Positions 39,019 to 48,196 of a stretch of 64,000 nucleotides of DNA are shown in pieces. Each line of letters opens with the position of its first letter. Position 1 is the first letter of the stretch. The notes beneath the pieces are model-generated. The model ran no database searches, had not been told where the DNA came from, and worked only from the letters and a program-made list of their open reading frames with translations. The stretch is from Methylobacterium sp. (lineage in GTDB: Bacteria > Pseudomonadota > Alphaproteobacteria > Rhizobiales > Beijerinckiaceae): the NCBI GenBank assembly GCA_044227265.1, contig JBGAFL010000004.1, positions 28,368 through 92,367 of the forward strand, read 5' to 3'. The position numbers were made by a program, and so were the translations under genes.

Positions 39019-40932
39019 ATGGCCGCCAAGACCGTGGGGACTTCGCTGCGCAAGGTATTGCTTGCGACGGCTTCGACACTGATCACTGTTGGCTTGATGA
39101 CGGTTCCGTCCAGCGCCGAAAAGCTGGATCGGGATCTGAAGCCGGTGACCTGGGAGGACATCCTCAACGATCACAAGACTACCGATGATGTGCTGATGTA
39201 CGGCCTCGGCATGAATGCCCAGCGCTATTCGACCCTCGACAAGATCAACGCCAAGAACGTCGGCCTCCTGAAACCGAAATGGTCGTTCTCCTTCGGCGAC
39301 GAGAAGCAGCGCGGCCAGGAAGGCCAGGCGCTCGTCCATGACGGCGTGATCTACATCACCGCATCCTATTCCCGCCTCTTCGCGCTCGACGCGCATACCG
39401 GACGGAAGATCTGGTCCTACACGGCCCGCCTGCCCGACGACATCCGCCCCTGCTGCGACGTCGTCAGCCGCGGCGCCGCGCTGTACGGCGACAAGATCTA
39501 TTTCGGCACGCTCGACGCTTCGATGGTCGCGCTCAATGCCAAGACCGGCAAAGTCGTCTGGAACAAGAAGTTCGACGACCACTCGGCGGGCTACGCCTTC
39601 ACCGGTGCGCCGGCGATCGTAAAGGACAAGAAGACTGGCAAGGTCATGCTGATCCACGGCAATTCGGGTGACGAATTCGGCGCGCTCGGCAAGCTCTATG
39701 CCCGCGATCCGGAGACCGGCGAAGAGATCTGGATGCGTCCCCTGGGCGAAGGCCATGTGGGCCGGCTCAACGGCAAGGATTCAACTCCGACCGGCGACCC
39801 GAAGGCGCCGTCCTGGCCGGATAAGGATGGCCAGAAGGTCGATGCCTGGCATCACGGCGGCGGCGCGCCCTGGCAGGCTCCGATCTATGACGAGAAGACC
39901 AACACCATCATCATCGGCACCGGCAACCCGGCACCGTGGAACCACCATTACCGTTCCGGCCCCAACGGCGACTGGAAGCCTTACGACAGCCTCTACACCT
40001 CGGGCCAAGTCTATATCGATCCCTCGAACGGCGAGCCGGTCGGCTTCTTCCAGCATACTCCGAACGATGCCTGGGACTTCTCCGGCAATAACGAGATCAT
40101 CCTCTTCGACATGGAGAAGGACGGCAAGAAGATGCGTCTCGGCGCCCATGCCGACCGCAACGGCTTCTTCTTCCTGACCGACACGGACAAGCTCACCGCC
40201 CGCGACGGCAAGATCAACAAGCCGACCTCGCTGGTCGCCGCCTATCCTTTCGTGAAGAACATCAATTGGGCCAAGGGCTACGATCTCAAGACCGGCCGCC
40301 CGATCGAGCCGGAAGGTGCTGAAAGCCGTCGTCCTCCGGCCCCGGCCGAAGGCGAGACCAAGGGCAAGTCGATCGTGGTGACGCCGAACTTCCTCGGAGG
40401 CAAGAACTGGAATCCGATGTCCTACAACCAGGATACGGGCCTGTTCTACATTCCCTCGAACGACTGGTCGGAGGATTACTGGACCGAGCACGTCACCTAC
40501 AAGGCTGGCTCTGCCTTCCTCGGCCAGGGCTTCCGCATCCACCGCGAGTTCGACACCCATGTCGGCGCGCTGCGGGCGCTCGATCCGAAGACCGGCAAGA
40601 TCGTCTGGGAGGCGCTCGAGCCGATGCCGCTCTGGGCCGGAACGCTGACCACGAAGGGCAACCTCATCTTCACCGGCACCAGTGACGGCTACTTCAAGGC
40701 CTGGGACGCGAAGAACGGCAAGGAGCTCTGGAAGTTCCAGACTGGCTCGGGCGTCGTCTCGGTTCCGATCACCTGGGAAGAGGGTGGCAAGCAGTACATC
40801 GGCATTGCCTCGGGCTACGGCGGCGCGGTGCCGCTCTGGGGCGGAGACATGGCCGACCAGACCAAGCAGGTCTCGCAGGGCGGCTCGTTCTGGGTGTTCG
40901 AACTGCCGACCGATACCGCCTCGGCCGACTGA
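39019..40932 (+). CDS. exaA: PQQ-dependent type I alcohol dehydrogenase, Ca2+ type (ExaA/PedE)
   Basis: Signal peptide, RGQEGQ, vicinal CC (PCCDVVSRG), SGDEFG, TPNDAWDFSGNNE, LGGKNW and GSFWVF. Confidence 0.95.
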   Translation: MAAKTVGTSLRKVLLATASTLITVGLMTVPSSAEKLDRDLKPVTWEDILNDHKTTDDVLMYGLGMNAQRYSTLDKINAKNVGLLKPKWSFSFGDEKQRGQEGQALVHDGVIYITASYSRLFALDAHTGRKIWSYTARLPDDIRPCCDVVSRGAALYGDKIYFGTLDASMVALNAKTGKVVWNKKFDDHSAGYAFTGAPAIVKDKKTGKVMLIHGNSGDEFGALGKLYARDPETGEEIWMRPLGEGHVGRLNGKDSTPTGDPKAPSWPDKDGQKVDAWHHGGGAPWQAPIYDEKTNTIIIGTGNPAPWNHHYRSGPNGDWKPYDSLYTSGQVYIDPSNGEPVGFFQHTPNDAWDFSGNNEIILFDMEKDGKKMRLGAHADRNGFFFLTDTDKLTARDGKINKPTSLVAAYPFVKNINWAKGYDLKTGRPIEPEGAESRRPPAPAEGETKGKSIVVTPNFLGGKNWNPMSYNQDTGLFYIPSNDWSEDYWTEHVTYKAGSAFLGQGFRIHREFDTHVGALRALDPKTGKIVWEALEPMPLWAGTLTTKGNLIFTGTSDGYFKAWDAKNGKELWKFQTGSGVVSVPITWEEGGKQYIGIASGYGGAVPLWGGDMADQTKQVSQGGSFWVFELPTDTASAD

Positions 40933-40944
40933 GCTCCTGAACAC

Positions 40945-40976
40945 AAGGTCCGGGGATTTCGACAGCCCCGGACCTT
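40945..40976 (+). terminator. Hairpin after exaA (terminator or mRNA stabiliser)
   Basis: AAGGTCCGGGG ... CCCCGGACCTT, an 11-bp stem. Confidence 0.65.
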
Positions 40977-41111
40977 CGATCTTCGGAACCTCGTCTGCAG
41001 CATCGGACCGAAAACCAGAGTCAGTCCGATGCTGTAAGCTATTCAATCACATCGGCAATTTCCGAAAGCCAGTTCGCATCTTTCGGGCCGATGCTGTGGA
41101 GGAGCTGACCC

Positions 41112-41813
41112 ATGTCGGCCCGTCGAGTTCGTGCGCCGCGCGTCATTCTCGCCGCTGGTCTTGCTTCCAGCCTCGTATCGGCGGTCAAGGCGCAGACCAT
41201 CATCGTCAACACGGAAGAGCGACCTGATCCCTGGGTGGTCAATGGCTGCACCATCGCGCCCAAGACCAAATGCCCTGGTGCGGATCTGCGCCATGCCGAT
41301 CTCAAGAACGCAGATCTGGGCGGCGCCGACCTCTCCGGTGCCATCCTCGCCCGGGCCGATCTGCGCCACGCCAATCTGCGCGGGGCCAATCTCGACAATG
41401 CCAATCTCGGCGGCGCGAAACTGCAGATCGCTTTCATGCAGGGCGTGAAGGCACGCAATGCCTCCTTCATCGGCGCCGATTTCGACCATGCCCGCATTGC
41501 GGGCGGCGATTTCAGTGGCGCGGATTTCACGCTCGCTGCGCTCGAAATGACGCAGGCGACGCGCGCCAAGTTCATCGGCGCCAAGTTCATCAACACCGAC
41601 CTGCAGGAAGCCAAGCTCTACGAGGCCAACCTGAAGGACGCGGTGATGGAGGGCACCAAGATCCGCTTCGCGATCTTTCAGGATGCCTGGATGGAGAACT
41701 GCAAGGGCTGTCCGGTCCATTGGCAGACCGGCAAGCCGGTCTGGGAAGTCTATCCGGAACCGATGGTGCAGAAACCGGGCGAGGCCAGCAGCGACCCACA
41801 GGGGCAGAAGTGA
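41112..41813 (+). CDS. Exported pentapeptide-repeat protein (PedD-like)
   Basis: Signal peptide and more than 25 A(D/N)Lxx-type repeats, capped by NGCTIAPKTKCPG and CKGCP. Confidence 0.9.
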   Translation: MSARRVRAPRVILAAGLASSLVSAVKAQTIIVNTEERPDPWVVNGCTIAPKTKCPGADLRHADLKNADLGGADLSGAILARADLRHANLRGANLDNANLGGAKLQIAFMQGVKARNASFIGADFDHARIAGGDFSGADFTLAALEMTQATRAKFIGAKFINTDLQEAKLYEANLKDAVMEGTKIRFAIFQDAWMENCKGCPVHWQTGKPVWEVYPEPMVQKPGEASSDPQGQK

Positions 41814-42235
41814 GGCGGATCGTGGCGGCTCTCGTCATGCCCTTCGGCCTCGCTACGGCCTCCCCCGCCCTCGCCACCGATCATTTGGCTGACGGCAGCA
41901 TGCGCCAGGCTTTCGCGCGCTGCCGTGCGATGCTGGAGGAGCAAGAGCGGCTGCGCTGCTATGACAAGCTCGCCGGCCAGTTGTCGCCGCCGCGCTTCGA
42001 GGGACGCCTGACCCTTCAGACCGAGCCCTTCGAGATCACCGGGCCGACCGTGCTCCGCTACGAGAGCGATGGTCCGATCTTCGTCATGTACCTCAAGGAT
42101 GCCCAGGGCGGCATCGTCCAGAATCTCCACATCGGGGGCGGAGGCATCGCGACCTACCTGATCGAGAAGCCCGGCACCTATTCTCTTCACATCAACGGCT
42201 CGGAAACCTGGCGGATCTGGCTCGATCCAGCCTGA
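41810..42235 (+). CDS. Exported hypothetical protein in the exa cluster
   Basis: GTG start overlaps the previous stop codon; signal peptide; CRAMLEEQERLRCYD motif followed by a beta-rich domain. Confidence 0.75.
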   Translation: MRRIVAALVMPFGLATASPALATDHLADGSMRQAFARCRAMLEEQERLRCYDKLAGQLSPPRFEGRLTLQTEPFEITGPTVLRYESDGPIFVMYLKDAQGGIVQNLHIGGGGIATYLIEKPGTYSLHINGSETWRIWLDPA

Positions 42236-42273
42236 ACCGCCGCTCGTCCCCTCGTCGAACAGAGGCCTCGACC

Positions 42274-42696
42274 ATGAAAACCCTTCTCCCTGCACTCGCT
42301 CTCGGATTGAGCGTCGCGATCGGCGCCTCGGGCGCCGTGTTCGCCCATGGCGATGCCGCGCCACAGCCGGTCGACACCACCGGTCTCGAACCGCTCGGCG
42401 AAGATTTTCGCCCGACCAATCCTTACGTCGGCAACGCAAAGGCGATCGAGATCGGTGCCAACGGCTACAATCAGAATTGCGCTCGGTGCCACGGCCTCGA
42501 TGCCAAATCCGGCGGCATGGCGCCGGACCTACGTGAATTGGAAGAGGGCGAGGCGGGAGATGGCTGGTTTATCACCCGCGTGCTCAACGGCGCCAAGCGC
42601 GAGGATCGCTACAAGATGCCGCCCTTCCAGGGCATCCTGAGCCAGGAGGCGATCTGGGCAATCCGCACCTATGTCGAGACCCGGCCGAAGGATTGA
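42274..42696 (+). CDS. exaB: Cytochrome c550 (ExaB/PedF)
   Basis: AHGDAAPQPVDT, YNQNCARCHG, PDLR, KMPPF and EAIWAIRTY. Confidence 0.92.
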   Translation: MKTLLPALALGLSVAIGASGAVFAHGDAAPQPVDTTGLEPLGEDFRPTNPYVGNAKAIEIGANGYNQNCARCHGLDAKSGGMAPDLRELEEGEAGDGWFITRVLNGAKREDRYKMPPFQGILSQEAIWAIRTYVETRPKD

Positions 42697-42744
42697 GGGC
42701 GGAAAGGCGTGGGGGTGTGGAAACGTGAACGGCGCGGTGCCGGG

Positions 42745-43026
42745 ATGCTTCTCCTCGGCATGGCGCTCGCCCTGGCGGGACCATGCCGTGCCGAAGTCAA
42801 GGAGTATCAGATTCGCCGGATGTTGATGCTCAAGACCGAATGTCAGGTCACCGGGCTCGACATCTCGGTGAAGGAAGGGCGCGACCGCTTCCTCGCCAGC
42901 TGCGAAAACGTCAGCCACTACCCCGACGGTGTCGAGATCCTCTGCCCCGACACCGATGACGAGCGGGAATGCCACATCGTCACCGCCAAGCGCGACTTCC
43001 GGCATCTGCATCTGTTGCGGCCATGA
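42745..43026 (+). CDS. Small exported four-cysteine hypothetical protein
   Basis: Signal peptide; mature part with Cys at TEC, ASC, ILC and REC. Alternative GTG start at 42709. Confidence 0.7.
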   Translation: MLLLGMALALAGPCRAEVKEYQIRRMLMLKTECQVTGLDISVKEGRDRFLASCENVSHYPDGVEILCPDTDDERECHIVTAKRDFRHLHLLRP

Positions 43027-43664
43027 AATCCACCGCGTTCGAGCCTGCGTCTCCCCGGCCGCCCGAGGTTTCGAACACCGGAGCAGATCTGTCGGCGCAC
43101 GAGCCGCCAGAGCGCCTCAGCACGACGACGCTGCTGCTTCATTGGCTGGTAGGGCTCGCCGTGATCGGGATGCTGGCTTACGGTTTCTGGTTGCAGACCC
43201 TGCCGAGCGGACCACCCAGGACCCCCTTCGTACAAATCCACAAATCGTTCGGCCTCGTCGTCTTCCTCGCGGCGCTGGCGCGAATCGCCTGGCGATGGCG
43301 CGAAGGTTTTCCCAAAGCGAACAGCGCTCACCGGCTATGGGAGCGGCGGGCGGCACTGAGCCTGCAACTCTTCATGATCACGGCGACGATCGTGATGCCG
43401 CTGACCGGAATCGGACGGTCCCTGGCCTATGCGCGCCCGGTCCAGCTCTTTGGCTGGCCGGTGATTCCGAAGTTGTTCGAGACCAAGCAGGAAACTCTGT
43501 ACACGTGGCTCTCAGGCATCCATGACGCCACCGCGCTGCTGCTCACCGCGGCGCTCGCCATTCATGTCGGCGCGGCGCTCAAGCACCATGTCATCGATCG
43601 GGACGACACGTTGCGGCGCATCTTCGGCCTGCAGCCGCGAATGCCTCCAGTTCCGCGGATTTGA
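43023..43664 (+). CDS. Cytochrome b561 (CybB-like)
   Basis: LLHWLVG, IHKSFGL, GIHD and IHVGAALKHHVIDRDDTLRRI; the ATG overlaps the previous stop codon. Confidence 0.92.
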   Translation: MKSTAFEPASPRPPEVSNTGADLSAHEPPERLSTTTLLLHWLVGLAVIGMLAYGFWLQTLPSGPPRTPFVQIHKSFGLVVFLAALARIAWRWREGFPKANSAHRLWERRAALSLQLFMITATIVMPLTGIGRSLAYARPVQLFGWPVIPKLFETKQETLYTWLSGIHDATALLLTAALAIHVGAALKHHVIDRDDTLRRIFGLQPRMPPVPRI

Positions 43665-43739
43665 CCGGGCGATGGAGTACGTTCGGCGACCGGCGCTTAT
43701 GGCGACCCGGTCGCGAGCCGAATTTCCGGGTCTGCCTGT

Positions 43740-44009
43740 TCAGACGGCCGCTGCCGCCGGCTTACGGAACAAGGCTGTGCAGGCCGTGTCGCGGTGCATG
43801 CTGAGAATCGACGCACGATCGATCTCCGGATGCTCGGCCAGCACGCGTCGGACATCGGCGACGACCTGCTGGTAGCGCTCCGGCTCGAAATCCTTCTCGA
43901 GCGGACTCACAGCAATATACGACTCGACGACGAGCACGCGCTCGCAGCGCTCCCGATCGAGTTCGACGGCGATCCATGCCGATTTGATCAAGCGATTTGC
44001 AGCCAGCAT
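43740..44009 (-). CDS. Small hypothetical protein
   Basis: 89 aa (MLAANRLIKSAWIAVEL...) with a GGAGG RBS upstream. Confidence 0.6.
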   Translation of the reverse strand: MLAANRLIKSAWIAVELDRERCERVLVVESYIAVSPLEKDFEPERYQQVVADVRRVLAEHPEIDRASILSMHRDTACTALFRKPAAAAV

Positions 44010-44215
44010 TGGCGCACCTCCGACTTTTGACCGCGTCTCCGCGCAATCCTTCACGTCGAAGCATGAACCCTGCGGGTCATCCTGCCAATGGGATCGCGGC
44101 GGCGATTGCGGCAGTGTCGATCCCGAAACACGAGCCGACGAGCGCCGGCCGGCAGATGCCTGAGCGCAGGGCCGCCATTCGAGCCCTTTCGGTATCTGGG
44201 GACAGTCGAGCGCAC

Positions 44216-44320
44216 ATTCCGCCCTTCCGGGGCCGCGCAGCGGAACCTGGAACCCACCCTTGAGACGGCGAACCATAATCGAGTCGAGTCCGACCATGGG
44301 TTCCCGGTTCGCCTGCGTCG
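44216..44320. repeat. REP-like element, copy 1
   Basis: ttccggggccgcgcagcggaacctggaaccc ... ggttcccggttcgcctgcg; nearly matches the ends of the element at 54345. Confidence 0.65.
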
Positions 44321-44435
44321 GCCACGCGCGCAGGCGGCGCATCGGCGAGCCCGGTTCGGGTCCCGCGGCGCGGTTGACGGGCGCATGCACGCGCGGCGGC
44401 AACCTCAGCCTATGCCGCGCGGATTGCCGACGCGA

Positions 44436-44651
44436 TCAGGAGAGGCCTTGGCGCGAACCTGTGAGCATGACGACGTTCCCATTCAAGGTAGAAACGTCAC
44501 CCGGAACGATGCCTTCCGACCGGTTCGCATCGGACTGATCCTTCGGTTGTGGCAACGCGATCCAGCGCACCACCATCTCGTTCTGGTGGCGCCCGATACG
44601 GCGGTTCCTCTGGCGCTGCGCCCAGGCCGGGATGGTGTCGGTCACGCTCAT
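44436..44651 (-). CDS. Possible small hypothetical protein
   Basis: 71 aa with a GGGAG RBS-like sequence; no motif recognised. Confidence 0.3.
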   Translation of the reverse strand: MSVTDTIPAWAQRQRNRRIGRHQNEMVVRWIALPQPKDQSDANRSEGIVPGDVSTLNGNVVMLTGSRQGLS

Positions 44652-45168
44652 GGCAGATCTCCCCCACGTGTTCCAAGTCCTTCAAAGCACAGACGATCCT
44701 GCGTCGCAGCCCGCAAATGCGGCTTTCTGTTTCAGATCACGCAATTGACTCACGGCGATCCGAAAAAAATTCGTCGGAACCGAAAAGAATACAAAATAGC
44801 AAATGCAGTCATCCTGACGTTGTTACAGTCACAGATTGTGAATTGTTGCCAAGCGCCAATTCATGCCTGATCCTATGCGAGCCCGGTCGACCGGCGCGCG
44901 GCTGGGACGAAAGGGCGCGCTACGATTCGGTGTCTGGAACCGGAATCCGCGCGACACTCGAACGAGCCGGAAACAATCCAGCATCAATCGACGGGTAAAA
45001 ATCCGGCACGCTGCGGCTCAAGTTCCCCCATGCAAGTCGCCGCGTCGGCGGCGGACCGTTTCGGATATCGACCCGAGACGATCCGCCGTCAGGCATGACC
45101 CGATTGGCCCGGTGGCTTTGTCGGGGTGCCAGCCGGTATCGATCGCGAAATTCGATCGAGTCCCGTCA

Positions 45169-45861
45169 TCATTTCTCCTGGTTGGAGATTGCGTAGACGG
45201 CATCGCCCAGGCGCCGGAGCGCTCCGTCGCGCATGGCGCGCTTCCAGAGCCGCGTGTTGAGCGCCGCGACCGGATCGCGTCCGGGGATCGGAATTCCGCG
45301 AGCCGTCAGGATCTCCGCAATCTCCCGGGCATGAAGCGGGCGCTTGGCCTCTTCGAGCGCGGTCATCGCCGCCTCGAGAAGCACGCGGCCGCGACGCCGC
45401 GCGATTTGACCTTCGGACGGTTCGGCGAACGAAGCCAGGCCAGCTCGATCTCCCCAATCGGCACCATTGGGACCATGATTGAGAGCGGAATCATGGGCTT
45501 CTCGACTCGGTTTGCGGGAAACATCGGCAGTTGCGCGATCGGGCGCGATCGTAGCGCGTGAGCGGGCAACGAGGTCGTCGAGAGTGCCGCGCCATCTTCC
45601 TTCAGCATCGCCGGCATCGCTCGATGGCTGACCTGCGATACCCGCTCGTGTGACGCCCGATTGCGCTGAAGCGAGATCACGATCGGCTGATGATCCATGA
45701 ACCACCTCTGATCGAACTCCGCCGTGCTCCGCCGGCGTGGCGGCGAGCCGCCTCCCGAGTTCCAGATAGAGAGTGAGATCCGTGATCGCGCGGTCGATGA
45801 GGTCGCGTTCGTGGCGAAGCGCATCGAGGCGCGCTTGCGCGGTCTCCTCGTTCAGCACCAT
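45169..45861 (-). CDS. Orphan DNA-binding protein: N-terminal coiled coil, long low-complexity linker, C-terminal winged helix (HARE-HTH-like)
   Basis: QARLDALRHERDLIDRAITDLTLYLELGRRL, then PLHAREIAEILTARG...ALNTRLWKR...RRLGDAVY; GGGAG RBS before the ATG at 45861. Confidence 0.75.
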   Translation of the reverse strand: MVLNEETAQARLDALRHERDLIDRAITDLTLYLELGRRLAATPAEHGGVRSEVVHGSSADRDLASAQSGVTRAGIAGQPSSDAGDAEGRWRGTLDDLVARSRATIAPDRATADVSRKPSREAHDSALNHGPNGADWGDRAGLASFAEPSEGQIARRRGRVLLEAAMTALEEAKRPLHAREIAEILTARGIPIPGRDPVAALNTRLWKRAMRDGALRRLGDAVYAISNQEK

Positions 45862-45880
45862 TCTGATCACTCCCAAAATT

Positions 45881-46280
45881 GGAATTATCGGAATAAATAT
45901 CGTCCAGACCATTCCTTATCGGAATGGAATTGAGCGCGCAACGCAATTCCATACCACAAAATCGGAATGTAATGGAACATTCTCTCCGCGACCTCGCTGC
46001 TTGTACTGGCAGTTCCCTCCGTCGTCGACCGAATTACTAATCGAGATCTTGAAATGGACGACAAACTGTCAAGTCAGGAATATTCCTATCTCCCCAAAAC
46101 GACGTGAGAAAGGCCGCGAACGAGCCTGCCGAAACCGCCGGATTGAAAGAAGCGGTCGTTGACACTATTCCAAGCAAATTACTCATCTTCCTCTAGAAAA
46201 TCCGGCTGCCCCTGCCCACCCGTGTGCCGCCGCGTTCCGTATTCGGCCTCATACCTTCGTAATAGATGGAATATTCCATC
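45881..46280. promoter_or_regulatory. Cluster of GGAAT/ATTCC half-sites and palindromes (candidate operator array)
   Basis: GGAAT at 45881, 45890, 45921, 45926 and 45964; ATTCC at 45911, 45946 and 46167; palindromes AGGAATATTCCT (46076-46087) and GATGGAATATTCCATC (46265-46280). Confidence 0.65.
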
Positions 46281-46402
46281 GATCCGTCGCTTGCTTCGGT
46301 CTGATCGACTCGGCATGGCGTTTGCGCGTCGGCCCGGCCGCGCACAGCCTCGCGGCCAAATCGTCCGAATGTCCGCCGGGATTCCCTAGCCCGAGACCAA
46401 AG

Positions 46403-47263
46403 ATGGCCTCTGCCCCGATCGATACCTTGCTGCGGCTGATGGCGGATCTGCGCGATCCCGTGCGCGGATGCCCCTGGGACGTGGCGCAAACCTTTGCCAG
46501 CATCGTCCCCTATACGATCCAGGAATCCTATGAGGTCGCCGATGCGGTCGAACGCGGCGATGTCGACGACATCCGCGACGAACTCGGCGACTTGCTCTTG
46601 CAGGTCGTCTTCCAGGCCCAGATCGCGCGGGAGGCCGGCCTTTTCGATTTCGATGCTGTCGCGACCGGAATCAGCCGCAAGCTGATCCGGCGTCATCCCC
46701 ATGTCTTCGATCCGCAAGGCGCGCTCCTGCAGGAGCGCGGTCCGACCGACCAGGCGGCGGTCAACAAGATGTGGGAGCGGATCAAGGCCGAGGAGCGCGC
46801 GGAGAAGGCGGCGCGTTCCGCATCTCCCCCGTCAGGACCGCTCGACGGCGTGCCCCATGCGCTCCCTGCCCTCTCCCGTGCCGAGAAAATCTCGCGCAAG
46901 GCCGCGAGCTTCGGCTTCGATTGGCCGGATGCGGTGTCGGTCATCGCCAAAGTGCGCGAGGAGGTCGACGAGGTCGAACAGGGGCTGGCCGAGGGCGAGA
47001 CCGAGGCGATCCGGGAAGAAATCGGCGATCTGCTGTTTTCAGTCGCCAACCTCGCCCGGCATGCGGGCATCGATCCCGAAGAGGCCTTGCGGCGCGGCAC
47101 AAACAAGTTCGAGCGGCGCTTCACCGCAATGGCCTCACGACTCGCCGAAGCCGGGTCGAGCCTCGCCACGGCCGATCTCGCCGCGATGGAAGCGGGCTGG
47201 CAGGAGGTGAAGGCCGACGAGCCCAAGGCTGAGGAACCCCGGCCGCAGCCGGCATCTGCTTGA
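46403..47263 (+). CDS. mazG: Nucleoside triphosphate pyrophosphohydrolase MazG
   Basis: GCPWDVAQT, QESYEV, DELGDLLLQVVF, RRHPHVF, GFDWPD and EIGDLLF. Confidence 0.96.
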   Translation: MASAPIDTLLRLMADLRDPVRGCPWDVAQTFASIVPYTIQESYEVADAVERGDVDDIRDELGDLLLQVVFQAQIAREAGLFDFDAVATGISRKLIRRHPHVFDPQGALLQERGPTDQAAVNKMWERIKAEERAEKAARSASPPSGPLDGVPHALPALSRAEKISRKAASFGFDWPDAVSVIAKVREEVDEVEQGLAEGETEAIREEIGDLLFSVANLARHAGIDPEEALRRGTNKFERRFTAMASRLAEAGSSLATADLAAMEAGWQEVKADEPKAEEPRPQPASA

Positions 47264-47362
47264 TCGTCTCGGGACGTTGGCCCCTGCGATCGGGCGTTCG
47301 CGGCTTCAGCGAAGTGGTTGCGAGCCGCCGGCGGCCGAACCGCGCAAGCGTGACTGCCCGCC

Positions 47363-47512
47363 CTACTTGTTGGAGCGGCCTTTCGGCTTTGGCGGCTTGG
47401 GTCGCAGTTTCTCGACGATCGCCTTGATCGCCCGTTCGACATCGGATTGGGCGGGGCGCTCATCGCTGGCACCGCCGGCCTTCGGCATTTCCGGTTCACG
47501 GCGCTTGGGCAT
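47363..47512 (-). CDS. Possible 49-aa basic small protein
   Basis: MPKRREPE...DVERAIKAIVEKLRPKPPKPKGRSNK; no clear RBS. Confidence 0.3.
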   Translation of the reverse strand: MPKRREPEMPKAGGASDERPAQSDVERAIKAIVEKLRPKPPKPKGRSNK

Positions 47513-47774
47513 GGAGGCGACTGTATCCGAATCGTCGTGACGATTCTCCCCTCGATCTCGAACAGGATTAACGGCCCCTGACCCGTTATTCACAAGATCT
47601 GGCCTCACCGACGTACGACCGGATACCTGCCGGGTACGTCTCGATTTGGCACCGTTGTTATCGCGGCGCCGGCTGAATCCGAGTAGATCCTGCAATCCGC
47701 ACAGCGATCGCGTTGGTTAGGCTCGGCGATCCTCGGTGTGAAGTTTGGGGTCTCGCTTTCCGTATTCTGAGCGG

Positions 47775-48182
47775 TCAGTCCGACGAGCGGCGACTGGCGA
47801 GCGGCCAGTCGATCAGGCGGACCGCAAAGAGCGCCCACCATACCATCACAGGTTGGAGTGCAAGCCGCGGAGCATGATACCACCAGCTATCGGGGATCGG
47901 TGGCACCGGAACATGCTCGAACGCATGCTTGAGATTGGCCGGAAACACGCAGATCGCATAGAGCGCGAGTGACATCCCCGCCATCCGCCGAAGAGCTGGA
48001 ACCGTCAGGGCGAAAGCAGCGGCGATCTCGAACAACCCCGTGGCAATCACCACCCTATCGGGCCAGGGCACCCAAACCGGCATGATGGGCAGGAACTGAT
48101 CGGTCGCGACGAGATGGGCGATACCGACGACGCCATAAGTCACCATCAGGACCCAGCGCATCCAGGCGCGGCCATCGCGCAT
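47775..48182 (-). CDS. DoxX-family membrane protein
   Basis: GIAHLV, IMPVWVPWP, TGLFEI, VFPANL and RLALQP. Confidence 0.85.
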   Translation of the reverse strand: MRDGRAWMRWVLMVTYGVVGIAHLVATDQFLPIMPVWVPWPDRVVIATGLFEIAAAFALTVPALRRMAGMSLALYAICVFPANLKHAFEHVPVPPIPDSWWYHAPRLALQPVMVWWALFAVRLIDWPLASRRSSD

Positions 48183-48196
48183 GGCGAAGTCCCGCC

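Noticed and set aside
39019-40932. Lanthanide-dependent XoxF/ExaF or methanol dehydrogenase MxaF
   Set aside because: It has DFSG rather than DxDG, no mxaI/mxaJ/xoxJ neighbours, and a c550 of the ExaB type.
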